From NCBI GenBank assembly GCA_964016885.1, contig OZ024754.1:20398001-20462000 (forward strand): a DNA stretch of 64,000 nucleotides. The letters are read 5' to 3'. This stretch comes from Eledone cirrhosa. Its lineage: Eukaryota. Below, in pieces: positions 10,652-26,300 of the stretch; within the stretch, counting starts at the first letter, position 1; each line of letters starts with the position of its first letter. The position numbers and the translations under genes were made by a program. Below the pieces are notes generated by a model. That model saw only the letters and a program-made list of their open reading frames with translations. It did no database searches and was not told the DNA's origin.

Positions 10652-11348
10652 AATATGGTTTTATAAATATAGTTTCCATTTATTAATATCATTGATATAT
10701 ATATATATACATATGCACACAACCACATATATATACAGTTATATATATACACACAACCACATATATACAGTCATATATATACAAACAACCATATATACAC
10801 AGTCATATATATACACACAACCATATATACACAGTCATATATATACACACAACCATATATATACACAGTTATATATATACACACAACTACATATATACAG
10901 TCATATATATACACACAACCATATATATACAGTTATATATATACACACAACCACATATATACAGTCATATATATACACACAACCACATATATACAGTCAT
11001 ATATATACACACAACCATATATATACAGTTATATATATACACACAACCACATATATACAGTCATATATATACACACAACCATATATATACACATCCACAT
11101 ATAGACACAGTCGTATATATATATACACACAACCACATATATAGTCATATATATACACGCAACCACATATATAGTCCTATATATACAAAGTCATATATAT
11201 ACACATACAACCATATATATAACAGTCATATAAATTCATACATCCACATATATAGTTATATATATATACAGTAATATATATACACACAACCACGTATACA
11301 CAGTCATATATATATTCAGGCAGATATACACACAACCACATAACCACA

Positions 11349-14300
11349 CAACTTTGAGCACCTTTTTGAATTCCATGTGTCTAACACCCGTGGGCATGCC
11401 TACAAGTCACAAAACAGTACTGTTCCCATGACTTTCAGAAACATTTTTCACGCTCAGAGTTATTGAAGCATCAAACAAACTACCTGCATCAGTTGTTAGC
11501 TGCCAAGACACTGCATCCTTTATAACCACCATGGAACAAACTGCATGCATCATTTATTAGCTGCCAAGACACTGCATCCTTTAAAACCTCCATGGAACAA
11601 ACTACCCGCATCAATTGTTAGCTGCCAAGACACTGCATCCTTTAAAATCTCCATGGTACAAACTACTTGAATCAGTTGTTAGCTGCCAAGACTCTGCACC
11701 CTTTGAAACCTCCAAGAAACAAACTACCTGCATCAGGTGTTAGCTGCCAAGACACTGCATCCTTTAAAACCTCCATGGAACAAACTACCTGCATCAGATG
11801 TTAGATATCGAGACTCTGCATCCTTTAAATGCTCCAGGAAACGAACTACCTGCATCAGGTGTTAGTTGCCAAGACACTGCATCCTTTAAAACCTCCAGGA
11901 AATAAAATACCTGCATCAGTTGTTAGCTGCCAAGACACTGCATCCTTTAAAACCTCCATGAAATAAAATACCTGCATCAGTTGTTAGCTGCCAAGACAAT
12001 GCATCCTTTAAAACCTTCATGAAATAAAATACATGCATCAGTTGTTAGCTGCCAAGACACTGCATCCTTTAAAACCTTCATGGAACAAAATACCTGCATC
12101 AGTTGTTAGTTGCCAAGACACTGCATCCATTAAAACTTCAATGGAACAAACTACCTGCATCAGTTGTTAGCTGCCAAGACACTGGATTCTTTAAAACTTC
12201 CATGGAACAAACTACCTGCATCAGTTGTTAGATGTCAAGATAATGCATCCTTTAAGACCTCCATGAAACAAACTATCTGCATCAGTTGTTAGCTGTCAAG
12301 ACACTGCATCCTTTAAAACCTCAATGAAACAAACTACCTGAATCAGTTGTTAGCTGCCAGGACACTGCATCCTTTAAAACCTCCATGGAACAAACTACCT
12401 GCATCAGTTGTTAGCTGTCGAAACACTGCATCCTTTAAAACTGCCATGGAAGAAACTACCTGCATCAGATATTAGCTGTCAAGACACTGCATCTCTAAAA
12501 CCTCCATGCAACAAACTACCTGCATCAGTTGTTAGCTGTCGAGATACTGCATTCTTTAAAACCTCTATGAAACAAACAACCTGCATCAGTTGTTAGCTGC
12601 CAAGACACTGCATCCTTTAAAACCTCCATGAAACAAACTACCTGCATTAGTTGTTAGCTGTCGAGATACTGCATCCTTTAAAACCTCCATGAAACAAACT
12701 ATCTGCATCAGTTGTTAGCTGTCGAGACACTGCCTCCTTTAAAACCTCCATGAAACAAACTACCTGCATCAGTTGTTAGCTGTTAAGACACTGCATCCTT
12801 TAAAACCTCCATGAAAGAAACTACCTGCATCAGTTGTTAGCTGCCACGACACTGCATCCTTTAAAACCTCCATAAAACAAACTACCTGCATCAGTTGTTA
12901 GCTGCCACGAAACTGCATCCTTTAAAACCTCCATAAAACAAACTACCTGCATCAGTTGTTAGCTGCCAAGACACTGCATCCATTAAAACCTCCATGAAAC
13001 AAACTACCTGCATCAGGTGTTAGCTGCCAAGACACTGCATCCTTTGAAACCTCCATGGAACAAACTACCTGCATCAGATGTTAGCTATCAAGACTCTGCA
13101 TCCTTTAAAACCTCCATGAAACGAAACTACCTGCATCAGGTGTTAGTTGCCAAGACACTGCATCCTTTAAAACCTCCATGAAATAAAATACATGCATCAG
13201 TTGTTAGCTGCCAAGACACTGCATGCATTAAAACTTCAATGGAAAAAACTACCTGTATCAGTTGTTAGATGTCGAGATACTGCATCCTTTAAAACCTCCA
13301 TGGAACAAACTATCTGCATCAGTTGTTAGCTGTCGTGAAACTGCATCATTGAAAACCTCCATGAAACAAACTACCTTCATCAGTTGTTAGCTGCCAGGAC
13401 ACTGCATCCTTTAAAACCTCCATCGAACAAACTACATGCATCAGTTGTTAGCTGTCGAGACTCAGCATCCTTTAAAACCTCCATGAAACAAAATACCTGC
13501 ATCAGTTGTTAGCTGACAAGACAATGCATCCCTTAAAATCTCTATGAAACAAACAACATGCATCAGTTGTTAGCTGCCAAGACACTGCATCCTTTAAAAC
13601 TGCCATGGAACAAACTACCTGCATCAGTTATTAGCTGTCAAGACACTACATCCTTTAAAGCCTCCATGCAACAAACTACATGCATCAGTTGTTAGCTGTC
13701 GAAACTCTGCATCCTTTAAACCTCCATGAAAGAAACTACCTGCATCAGTTGTTAGCTGCCAAGACACTGCATCCATTAAAACCTCAATGGAACAAACTAC
13801 CTGCATCAGTTATTAGCTGTCGAGATACTGCATCCTTTAAAACCTCCATGAAACAAACTATCTGCATCAGTTGTTAGCTGTCGAGACACTGCCTCCTTTA
13901 AAACCTCCATGAAACAAACTACCTGCATCAGTTGTTAGCTGTTAAGACACTGCATCCTTTAAAACCTCCATGAAAGAAACTACCTGCATCAGTTGTTAGC
14001 TGCCACGACACTGCATCCTTTAAAACCTCCATAAAACAAACTACCTGCATCAGTTGTTAGCTGCCAAGACACTGCATCCATTAAAACCTCCATGAAACAA
14101 ACTACGTGCATCAGGTGTTAGCTGCCAAGACACTGCATCCTTTGAAACCTCCATGGAACAAACTACCTGCATCAGATGTTAGCTATCAAGACTCTGCATC
14201 CTTTAAAACCTCCATGAAACGAAACTACCTGCATCAGGTGTTAGTTGCCAAGACACTGCATCCTTTAAAACCTCCATGAAATAAAATACATGCATCAGTT

Positions 14301-17300
14301 GTTAGCTGCCAAGACACTGCATGCATTAAAACTTCAATGGAAAAAACTACCTGTATCAGTTGTTAGATGTCGAGATATTGCATCCTTTAAAACCTCCATG
14401 GAACAAACTATCTGCATCAGTTGTTAGCTGTCGTGAAACTGTATCCTTTAAAACCTCCATGAAACAAACTACCTACATCAGTTGTTAGCTGCCAGGACAC
14501 TGCATCCTTTAAAACCTCCATCGAACAAACTACATGCATCAGTTGTTAGCTGTCGAGACTCAGCATCCTTTAAAACCTCCATGAAACAAAATACCTGCAT
14601 CAGTTGTTAGCTGACAAGACAATGCATCCTTTAAAATCTCTATGAAACAAACAACATGCATCAGTTGTTAGCTTCCAAGACACTGCATCCTTTAAAACTG
14701 CCATGGAACAAACTACCTGCATCAGTTATTAGCTGTCAAGACACTACATCCTTTAAAGCCTCCATGCAACAAACTACATGCATCAGTTGTTAGCTGTCGA
14801 AACTCTGCATCCTTTAAACCTCCATGAAAGAAACTACCTGCATCAGTTGTTAGCTGCCAAGAAACTGCATCCATTAAAACCTCAATGGAACAAACTACCT
14901 GCATCAGTTATTAGCGGACAAGATACTGCATCCTTTAAAACCTCCATGACACAAACTACCTGCATCAGTTGTTAGCTGCCAAGACACTGCATCCTTTAAA
15001 ACTTCCATGGAACAAACTACCTGCATCAGTTGTTAGATGTCGAGACACTGCATCCTTTAAAACCTCAATGAAACAAACTACCTGCATCAGTTGTTAGCTG
15101 CCAAGACACTGCATCCATTAAAACCTCAATGGAACAAACTACCTGCATCAGTTATTAGCGGACAAGATACTGCATCCTTTAAAACCTCCATGACACAAAC
15201 TACCTGCATCAGTTGTTAGCTGCCAAGACACTGCATCCTTTAAAACCTCCATGACACAAACTACCTGCATCAGTTGTTAGCTGTCAAGACAATGCATCCT
15301 TTAAAGCCTCTATGAAACAAACAACCTGCATCAGTTGTTAGCTGCCAGGACACTGCATCATTTAAAAACCTCCATGGAACAAACTACATGCATCAGTTGT
15401 TAGCTGTCGAGACAAATCATCCTTTAAAACTGCCATGGAAGGAACTACCTGCATCAGTTAGTAGCTGTCAAGACACTGCATCCTTTAAAACCTTCATCAA
15501 ATAAAATACCTGCATCAGTTGTTAGCTGCCAAGACACTGCATCCTTTAAAACCTCCATGAAATAAAATACCTACATCAGTTGTTAGCTGCCAAGACACTG
15601 CATCCTTTAAAACCTTCATGAAATAATATACCTGCATCAGTTGTTAGCTGCTAAGACACTGCATCCTTTAAAACCTTCATGGAACAAACTACCTGCATCA
15701 GTTGTTAGCTGCCAAGACACTGGATTCTTTAAAACCTCCATGGAACAAACTACCTGCATCAGTTGTTAGCTGCCAAGTCACTGCATCCATTAAAACTTCA
15801 ATGGAACAAACTACCTGCATCAGTTGTTAGCTGCCAAGACACTGGATTCTTTAAAACTTCCATGGAACAAACTACCTGCATCAGTTGTTAGATGTCGAGA
15901 TAATGCATCCTTTAAAACCTCCATGAAACAAACTATCTGCATCAGTTCTTAGCTGTCAAGACACTGCATCCTTTAAAACCTTAATGAAACAAACTACCTG
16001 AATCAGTTGTTAGCTGCCAGGACACTGCATCCTTTAAAACCTCCATGGAACAAACTACATGCATCAGTTGTTAGCTGTCAAGACACTGCATCCTTTAAAA
16101 CTGCCATGGAACAAACTACCTGCATCAGATATTAGCTGTCAAGACACTGCATCTCTAAAACCTCCATGCAACAAACTACCTGCATCAGTTGTTAGCTGTC
16201 GAGATACTGCATCCTTTAAAACCTCTATGAAACAAACAACCTGCATCAGTTGTTAGCTGCCAAGACACTGCATCCTTTAAAACCTCCATGAAACAAACTA
16301 CCTGCATTAGTTGTTAGCTGTCGAGATACTGCATCCTTTAAAACCTCCATGAAACAAACTATCTGCATCAGTTGTTAGCTGTCGAGACACTGCCTCCTTT
16401 AAACCTCCATGAAACAAACTACCTGCATCAGTTGTTAGCTGTTAAGACACTGCATCCTTTAAAACCTCCATGAAAGAAACTACCTGCATCAGTTGTTAGC
16501 TGCCACGACACTGCATCCTTTAAAACCTCCATGAAAGAAACTACCTGCATCAGTTGTTAGCTGCCAAGACACTGCATCCATTAAAGCCTCAATGGAACAA
16601 ACTACCTGCATCAGTTATTAGCTGTCAAGACAATGCATCCTTTAAAACCTCTATGAAACAAACAACCTGCATCAGTTGTTAGCTGCCAAGACAATGCATC
16701 CTTTAAAACCTCCATGAAAGAAACTACCTGCATCAGGTGTTAGTTGCCAAGACACTGCATCCTTTAAAACCTCCATGAAATAAAATACATGCATCAGTTG
16801 TTAGCTGCCAAGACACTGCATGCATTAAAACTTCAATGGAAAAAACTACCTGCATCAGTTGTTAGCTGCCAAGACACTGCATCCTTTAAAACCTCAATGG
16901 AACAAACTACCTGCATCAGTTGTTAGATGTCGAGATACTGCATCCTTTAAAACCTCCATGAAACAAACTATCTGCATCAGTTGTTAGCTGTCGTGAAACT
17001 GCATCCTTTAAAACCTCCATGAAACAAACTACCTAAATCAGTTATTAGCTGTCAAGACAATGCATCCTTTAAAACCTCTATGAAACAAACAACCTGCATC
17101 AGTTGTTAGCTGCCAAGACACTGCATCCTTTAAAACCTCCATGAAAGAAACTACCTGCATCAGTTGTTAACTGCCAACACACTGCATCCTTTATAACCTC
17201 CATGGAACAAACTACCTGCATCAGTTGTTAGCTGCCTAGACACTGCATCCTTTAAAACTCACATGGAACACACTACCTGCATCAGTTGTTAGCTGTCGAG

Positions 17301-20300
17301 ATACTGCATCCTTTAAAACCTCCCTGGAACAAACTACATGCATCAGTTGTTAGCTGTCGAGACACTGCATCCTTTAAAGTTGCCATGGAACAAACTAGCT
17401 GCATCAGTTATTAGCTGTCAAGACACTGCATCTTTAAAACCTCCATGCAACAAACTACATACACCAGTTGTTAGCTGCCAAGACACTGCATCCTTTAAAA
17501 CCTCCATGGAACAAACTACATGCATCAGTTGTTAGCTGCCAGGACACTGCATCCTTTAAAACCTCCATCGAACAGACAACATACATCAGTTGTTAGGTGC
17601 CAAGACACTGCATCCTTTAAAACCTCCATGACACAAACTACCTTCATCAGTCGTTAGCTGCCAAGACACTGCATCCTTTAAAACCTCCATGGAACAAACT
17701 ACCTGCATCAGTTGTTAGCTGCCAAGACACTGCATCCTTTAAAACCTCCATGGAACAAACTATCTGCATCAGTTGTTAGCTGTCGAGATACTGCATCCTT
17801 TAAAACCTCCATGAAACAAACTACCTGCATCAGTTGTTAGCTGTCGAGACACTGCATCTTTGAAAACCTCCATGGAACAAACTACCTGCATCAGTTATTA
17901 GCTGCCAAGACACTGCATCGTTTAAAACCTCCATGAAACAAACTACCTGCATCAGTTGTTAGCTGCCAAGACACTGCATCCTTTAAAACCTTCATAGAAC
18001 AAACTACCTGCATCAGTTGTTAGCTGCCAAGACACTGCATCCTTTAAAACCTCCATGGAACAAACTATCTGCATCAGTTGTTAGCTGTCGAGATACTGCA
18101 TCCTTTAAAACCTCCATGAAACAAACTACCTGCATCAGTTATTAGCTGCCAAGACACTGCATCGTTTAAAACCTCCATGAAACAAACTACCTGCATCAGT
18201 TGTTAGCTGCCAAGACACTGCATCCTTTAAAACCTCCATGGAACAAACTACCTGCATAAGTCGTTGGCTGCCAAAACACTGCATCCTTTAAAACCTCCAT
18301 GGAAAAAACTACCTGCATCAGTTGTTAGCTGTCAAGAGACTGCATCCTTTAAAACCTCCGTGGAACCGACTACCTGGATCAGTTGTTAAGCTGCCAAGAC
18401 ACTGCATCCTTGAAAACCTGCATGACACAAACTACCTGCATCAGTTGTTAGCTGCCAAGGCACTGCATTCTTTAAAACCTCCATGTAACAAACTACCTGC
18501 ATTCAGTTGTTAGCTGTCGAGATACTGCATCCTTTACACCTCCATGGAACAAACTACCTCAATCAGTTGTTAGCTGCCAAGACACTGCATCCTTTAAAAC
18601 CTCCATGGAACAAACTACCTGCATCAGTTGTTAGCTGCCAAGACACTGCATCCTTTAAAACATCCATAGAACAAACTACCTGCATCAGTTGTTAGCTGTC
18701 GAGATACTGCATCCTTTACACCTCCATGGAACAAACTACCTCAATCAGTTGTTAGCTGCCAAGACACTGCATCCTTTAAAACCTCCATGGAACAAACTAC
18801 CTGCATCAGTCGTTAGCTGCCAAGACACTGCATCCTTTAAAACATCCATAGAACAAACTACCTGCATCAGTTGTTAGCTGTCGAGATACTGCATCCTTTA
18901 CACCTCCATGGAACAAACTACCTCAATCAGTTGTTAGCTGCCAAGACACTGCATCCTTTAAAACCTCCATGGAACAAACTACCTGCATCAGTTGTTAGGT
19001 GCCAGGTCACTCCATCCTTTAAAACCTCCATAGAACAAACAACCTGCATCAGTTGTTAGCTGTCGTGAAACTGCATCCTTTAAACCTCCATGAAAGAAAA
19101 TACCTGCATCAGTTGTTAGCTGCCAAGACACTGCATCCATTAAAACCTCAATGGAACAAACTACCTGCATCAGTTATTAGCTGCCAAGATACTGCATCCT
19201 TTAAAACTTCCATGACACAAACTACCTGCATCAGTTGTTAGCTGCCAAGACAATGCATTCTTTAAAACTTCCATGGAACAAACTACCTGCATCAGTTGTT
19301 AGATGTCGAGACACTGCATCCTTTAAAACCTCAATGAAACAAAGTACCTGCATCAGTTGTTAGCTGCCAAGACACTGCATCCTTTAAATCCTCCATGAAA
19401 GAAAATATCTGCATCAGTTGTTACCTGCCAAGACACTGCATCCTTTAAAACCTTCATGGAACAAACTACCTGCATCAGTTGTTAGCTGTCAAGACAATGC
19501 ATCCTTTAAAACCTCTATGAAACAAACAACCTGCATCAGTTGTTAGCTGCCAGGACACTGCATCATTTAAAACCTCCATGGAACAAACTACATGCATCAG
19601 TTGTTAGCTGTCGAGACAATGCATCCTTTAAAACTGCCATGGAAAGAACTACCTGCATCAGTTAGTAGCTGTCAAGACACTGCATCCTTTAAAGCCTCCA
19701 TGCAACAAACTACATGCATCAGTTGTTAGCTGTCGAAACTCTGCATCCTTTAAAACCTCCATGAAACAAACTATCTGCATCAGTTGTTAACTGCCTAGAC
19801 ACTGCTTCCTTTATAACCTCCATGGAACAAACTACCTGCATCAGTTGTTAGCTGTCGAGACACTGCATCCTTTAAAACATCCATGAAACAAACTACCTGC
19901 ATCAGTTGTTAGCTGTTGAGACACTGCATCCTTTAAAACCTCCATGAAACAAACTACCTGCATCAGTTGTTAGCTGCCAGGACACTGCATCCTTTAAAAC
20001 CTCCATGGAACAAACTACCTAAATCAGTTATTAGCTGTCAAGATAATGCATCCTTTAAAACCTCTATGAAACAAACAACATGCATCAGTTGTTAGCTGCC
20101 AAGACACTGCATCCTTTAAAACCTCCATGAAACAAATTACCTGCATCAGTTGTTAGCTGCCTAGACACTGCATCCTTCAAAACTCACATGGAACACACTA
20201 CCTGCATCAGTTGTTAGCTGTCGAGATACTGCATCCTTTAAAACCTCCCTGGAACAAACTACATGCATCAGTTGTTAGCTGTCGAGACACTGCATCCTTT

Positions 20301-23300
20301 AAAACTGCCATGGAACAAACTAGCTACATCAGTTATTAGCTGTCAAGACACTGCATCTTTAAAACGTCCATGCAACAAACTACATGCACCAGTTGTTAGC
20401 TGCCAAGACACTGCATCCTTTAAAACCTCCATCGAACAAACTACATACATCAGTTGTTAGGTGCCAAGACACTGCATCCTTTAAAACCTCCATGACACAA
20501 ACTACCTTCATCAGTCGTTAGCTGTTGAGACACTGCATCCTTTAAATCCTCCATGAAACAAACTACCTGCATCAGTTGTTAGGTGCCAAGACACTGCATC
20601 CTTTAAAACCTCCATGAAACAAACTACCGTCATCAGTCGTTAGCTGCCATTACACTGTTGTTATCTGCCAAGACACTGCATCCTTTGAAACCTCCATGAA
20701 ACAAACTACCTGCATCAGTTGTTAGCTGTCGAGACACTGCATCCTTTAATACCTCCATGGAACAAACTACCTGCATTAGTTATTAGCTGCCAAGACACTG
20801 CATCGTTTAAAACCTCCATGAAACAAACTACCTGCATCAGTTGTTAGCTGCCAAGACACTGCATCCTTTAAAACCTCCATGGAACAAACTACCTGCATCA
20901 GTTGTTAGCTGCCAAGACACTGCATCCTTTAAAACCTCCATGGAAGAAACTACCTGCATCAGTTGTTAGCTGTCGAGAGACTGCATCCTTTAAAACCTCC
21001 GTGGGACAAACTACCTGGATCAGTTGTTAAGCTGCCAAGACACTGCATCCTTGAAAACCTGCATGACACAAACTACCTGCATCAGTTGTTAGCTGCCAAG
21101 GCACTGCATTCTTTAAAACCACCATGGAACAAACTACCTGCATCAGTTGTTAGCTGCCAAGACACTGCATCCTTTAAAACCTCCATGGAACAAACTACCA
21201 GCATCAGTTGTTAGCTGTCGAGATACTGCATCCTTTACACCTCCATGGAACAAACTACCTCAATCAGTTGTTAGCTGCCAAGACACTGCATCCTTTAAAA
21301 CCTCCATGGAACAAACTACCTGCATCAGTTGTTAGCTGCCAAGACACTGCATCCTTTAAAACCTCCATGAAACACACTACCTGCATCAGTTGTTAGGTGC
21401 CAGGTCACTCCATCCTTTAAAACCTCCATGGAATAAACAACCTGCATCAGTTGTTAGCTGTCGTGAAACTGCATCCTTTAAAACCTCCATGAAACAAACT
21501 ACCTGCATCAGTTGTTAGGTGTCGAGACACTGCATCCTTTAAAACCTCCATGGAACAAACTACCTGCATCAGTTATTAGCTGCCAAGACACTGCATCGTT
21601 TAAAACCTCCATGAAAGAAACTACCTGCATGAGTTGTTAGCTGCCAAGACACTGCATCCTTTAAAACCTCCATGACACAAACTACCTGCATCAGTTATTA
21701 GCTGCCAAGACACTGCATCCTTTAAAACCTCTATGACACAAACTACCTGCATCAGTAGTTAGCTGCTAAGACACTGCATCCTTTAAAACCTCCATGAAAC
21801 AAATTACCTGCAGCAGTTGTTAGATGTCGAAACTCTGCATCCTTTAAAACTGCCAAGGAACAAACTAGCTGCATCAGTTATTAGCTGTCAAGACACTGCA
21901 TCATTTAAAACCTCCATGGAACAAACTACCTGCATCAGTTGTTATCTGCCAAGACACTGCATCCTTTAAAACCTCCATGCAACAAATTACATGCACCAGT
22001 TGTTAGCTGCCAAGACACTGCATCCTTTAAAACCTCCATGGAACAAACTACATGCAACAGTTGTTAGCTGCCAAGACACTGCATCCTGTAAAACCTCCAT
22101 GGAACAAACTACATGCATCAGTTGTTAGCTGCCAAGACACTGCATCCTTTAAAACCTCCATGGAACAAACTACCTGCATCAGTTGTTAGCTGCCAAGACT
22201 CTGCATCCTTTAAAACCTCCATGGAACAAACTACCTGCATCTGTTGTTAGCTGCCAAGACACTGCATCCTTTAATAACTCAATGGAACAATTTACCTCAA
22301 TCAGTTGTTAGCTGCCAAGACACTGAACCCTTTAAAACCTCCATGAAACGCACTACCTGCATCAGTTGTTAGCTGTCGAGACACTGCATCCTTTAAAGCC
22401 TCCACGGAACAAACTACATGTATCAGTTGTTAGCTGCCAAGATACTGCATCCTTTAATGCCTCAATGGAACAAAGTACCTCAATGAGTTGTTAGCTGCCA
22501 AGCCACTGCATCCTTTACAACCTCCATGGAACAAACTACCTGCATCAGTTGTTAGGTGCCGAGACAGTGCATCCTTGAAAACCTCCATGATACAAACTAC
22601 CTTCATCAGTCGTTAGCTGCCATGACACTGCGTCCTTGAAAACCTCCATGGAACAAACTACCAACATCAGTTATTAGCTGCCAAAACACTGCATCCTTTA
22701 AAATGTCCATGACACAAACTACCTGCATCAGTTGTTAGCTGCTAAGACACTGCATCCTTTAAAACCTCAATGGAACAAACTACCTGCATCAGTTCTTAGC
22801 TGTCGAGAAACTGCATCCTTTAAAACCTCCATGAAACAAACTACCTGCATCAGTGGTTAGCTGTCGAGACACTGCATCGTTTAAAACCTCCATGACACAA
22901 ACTACCTGCATCAGTTGTTAGCTGCTAAGACACTGCATCCTTTAAAATCTCCATGGAACAAACTACCTGCATCAGTTGTTAGCTGTTGAGAGACTGCATC
23001 CTTTAAAACCTCCATGGAACAAACTACCTGGATCAGTTGTTAAGCTGCCAAGACACTGCATCCTTGAAATCCTGCATGACACAAACTACCTGCATCAGTT
23101 GTTAGCTGCCAAGGCACTGCATTCTTTAAAACCTCCATGGAACAAACTACCTGCATCAGTTGTTAGCTGTCGAGATACTGCATCTTTACACCTCTATGGA
23201 ATAAACTACCTCAATCAGTTGTTAGCTGCCAAGACACTGCATCCTTTAAAACCTCCATGGAACAAACTACCTGCATCAGTTGTTAGCTGTCGAAACCCTG

Positions 23301-26300
23301 CATCGTTTAAAACCTCCATAAAACAAACTACCTACATCAGTTATTAGCTGTCAAGACAATGCATCCTTTAAAACCTCCATGAGAGAAACTACCTGCATCA
23401 GTTGTTAACTGCCAAGACACTGCATACTTTAAAACCTCCATGGAACAAACTACCTGCATCAGTTGTTAGCTGTCGAAACTCTGCATCCTTTAAAACCTCC
23501 ATGAAATAAACTACCTGCATCAATTGTTAGCTGTTGAGACACTGCATCCTTTGAAACCACCATTAAACAAACTACCTGCATCAGTTGTTAGCTGCAAGGA
23601 CACTGCATCCTTTAAAACCTTCATGAAATAAAATACATGCATCAGTTGTTAGCTGCTGAGACACTGCATACTTTAAAACCTCCATGGAACAAACTACTTG
23701 CATCAGTTGTTAGCTGCCAAGACACTGCATCCTTTAAAACCTCCATGGAAGAAACTACCTGCATCAGTTGTTAGCTGCCAAGACACTGCATCTTTTAAAA
23801 CCTCCATGAAAGAAAATACCTGCATCAGTTGTTAGCTTTCGAGACACTGCATCCTTTAAAACCTCAATGAAACAAACTACCTTCATCAGTTGTTAGCTGC
23901 CAGGACACTGCATCCTTTAAAACCTCCATGGAACAAACTACATGCATCAGTTGTTAGCTGTCGAGACACTGCATCTCTAAAACCTCCATGCGACAAACTA
24001 CCTGCATCAGTTGTTAGCTATCAAGACTCAGCATCCTTTAAAACCTCCATGAAAGAAACTACCTGCTTCAGTTGTTAACTGCCAAGACACTGCATCCTTT
24101 ATAACCTACATGGAACAAACTACCTGCATCAGTTGTTAGCTGTCGAGATACTGCATCCTTTAAAACCTCCATGAAACAAACTACCTGTATCAGTTGTTAG
24201 CTGTTGAGAGGCCTCATGCTTTAAAGCCTCCATGGAAGAAACTACATGCATCAGTTGTTAGCTGCCTAGACACTGCATCCTTTAAAGCCTCCATGCAACA
24301 AAATACATGCATCAGTTGTTAGATGTCGAAACACTGCATCCTTTAAAACCTCCACGGAACAAACTACCTGCATCCGTTGTTAGCTGCCAAGACACTGCAT
24401 CCTTTAAAACCTCCATGGAACAAACTACCCGCATCAGTTGTTAGCTGCCGATACACTGCATCCTTTAAAACCTGCATGAAACAAACTACCTGCATCAGTT
24501 GTTAGCTGCCGAGACATTGCATCCTTTAAAACCTCTATGAAACAAACTACCTGCATCAATTGTTAGCTGCCAAGACACTGCATCCTTTAAAACCTCCATG
24601 AAACAAACTACCTGCATTAGTTGTTATCTGCCAAGAGACTGCATCCTTTATAACCTCCATGGAACAAGTTACCTGCATCAGTTGTTAGCTGTCAAGATAC
24701 TGCATCTTTTACACCTCCATGGAACAAACTACATCAATCAGTTGTTAACTGCCAAGACACTGCATCCTTTAAAACCTCCATGGAACAAAATACCTGCGTC
24801 AGTTGTTAGCTGTCGAGATACTGCATCACTTAAACCTCAATGAAACAAACTACCTGCATCAGTTATTAGCTGCCAAGACACTGCATCCTTTAAAATCGCC
24901 ATGAGACAATCTGCCTGCATCAATTGTTAGCTGCCAAACACTGCATCCTTTAAAAGCTCAATAGAACAAACTACATGAATCAGTTGTTAGCTGCCAAGAC
25001 ACTGCATCCTTTAAAACCTCCATGACACAAACTTCCTGCAACAGTTGTTAGCTGCCAAGACACTGCATCCTTTAATACCTTAATGGAACAAACTACCTCA
25101 ATCAGTTGTTAGCTGCCAAGACACTGCATCCTTTAATACCTCAATGCAACAAACTACCTCAATGAGATGTTAGCTGCCAAGACACTGCATCCTTTAAAAC
25201 CTCCATGGAAAAAACTATCTGCATCAGTTGTTAACTGCCGAGACACTGGATCCTTTAAATCCTCCATGAAAAAAACTACCTGCATCAGTTGTTAGCTGCC
25301 GAGACACTTAATCCTTTAAAACCTCCATGGAACAAACTACATGGATCAGTTCTTAGCTGCCAAGACACTGCATCCTTTAAAACCTCCATCGAACAAACTA
25401 CATGCATCAGTTGTTAGGTGCCAAGACACTGCATACTTTAAAACCTCCATGACACAAACTACCTTCATCAGTCGTTAGCTGCCATGACACTCCGTCCTTG
25501 GAAACCTCCATGGAACAAACTACCTGCATCAGTTGTTAGCTGCTAAGACACTGCATCCTTTAAAACCTCCATGGAACAAACTACCTACATCAGTTGTTAG
25601 CTGTCGAGATACTGCAACCTTTAAAACCTTCATGAAACAAACTACATGCATCAGTTGTTAGCTGCCAAGTCACTGCATCCTTTAAAACCTCCATGGAACA
25701 AACTACCTGCATCAGTTGTTAGCTGCCAAGACACTGCATCCTTTAAAACCTCCATGGAACAAACTACCTGGATCAGTTGTTAAGCTGCCAAGACACTGCA
25801 TCCTTGAAAACCTGCATGACACAAACTACCTGCATCAGTTGTTAGCTGCCAAGGCACTGCATTCTTTAAAACCTCCATGGAACAAACTACCTGCATCAGT
25901 TGTTAGCTGCCAAGACACTGCATCCTTTAAAACCTCCATGGAACAAACTACCTGCATCAGTTGTTAGCTGCCGAGATACTGCATCCTTTACACCTCTATG
26001 GAACAAACTACCTGCATCAGTTATTAGCTGCCAAGACACTGTATCTTTTAAAATCTCCATGACACAATCTGCCTGCATCAGTTGTTAGGTGCCAGGTCAC
26101 TCCATGCTTTAAAACATCCATGGAACAAACAACCTGCATCAGTTGTTAGCTGTCGAAAAACTGCATCCTTTAAAACCTCCATGAAACAAACTACCTCCAT
26201 CAGTTATTAGCTGCCAAGACACTGGATCGTTTAAAACCTCCATGAAAGAAACTACCTGCATCAGTCGTTAGCTGCCAGGACACTGCATCCTTGAAAACCT

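Larger units (their letters stand above)
10402..10698. repeat. Inverted repeat, ~123-bp arms with ~51-bp spacer (Penelope-like pseudo-LTR pair)
   Basis: 10402-10524 is the reverse complement of 10576-10698 with scattered mismatches. Each arm carries a hammerhead core. Confidence 0.9.
10230..11348. repeat. Low-complexity minisatellite (cagtcatatatatacacacaaccatatata)n, interrupted by the insertion at 10322-10698
   Basis: Directly visible ~30-32 bp units. The same family resumes at 34473-34757 and 38365-42950. Confidence 0.9.
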
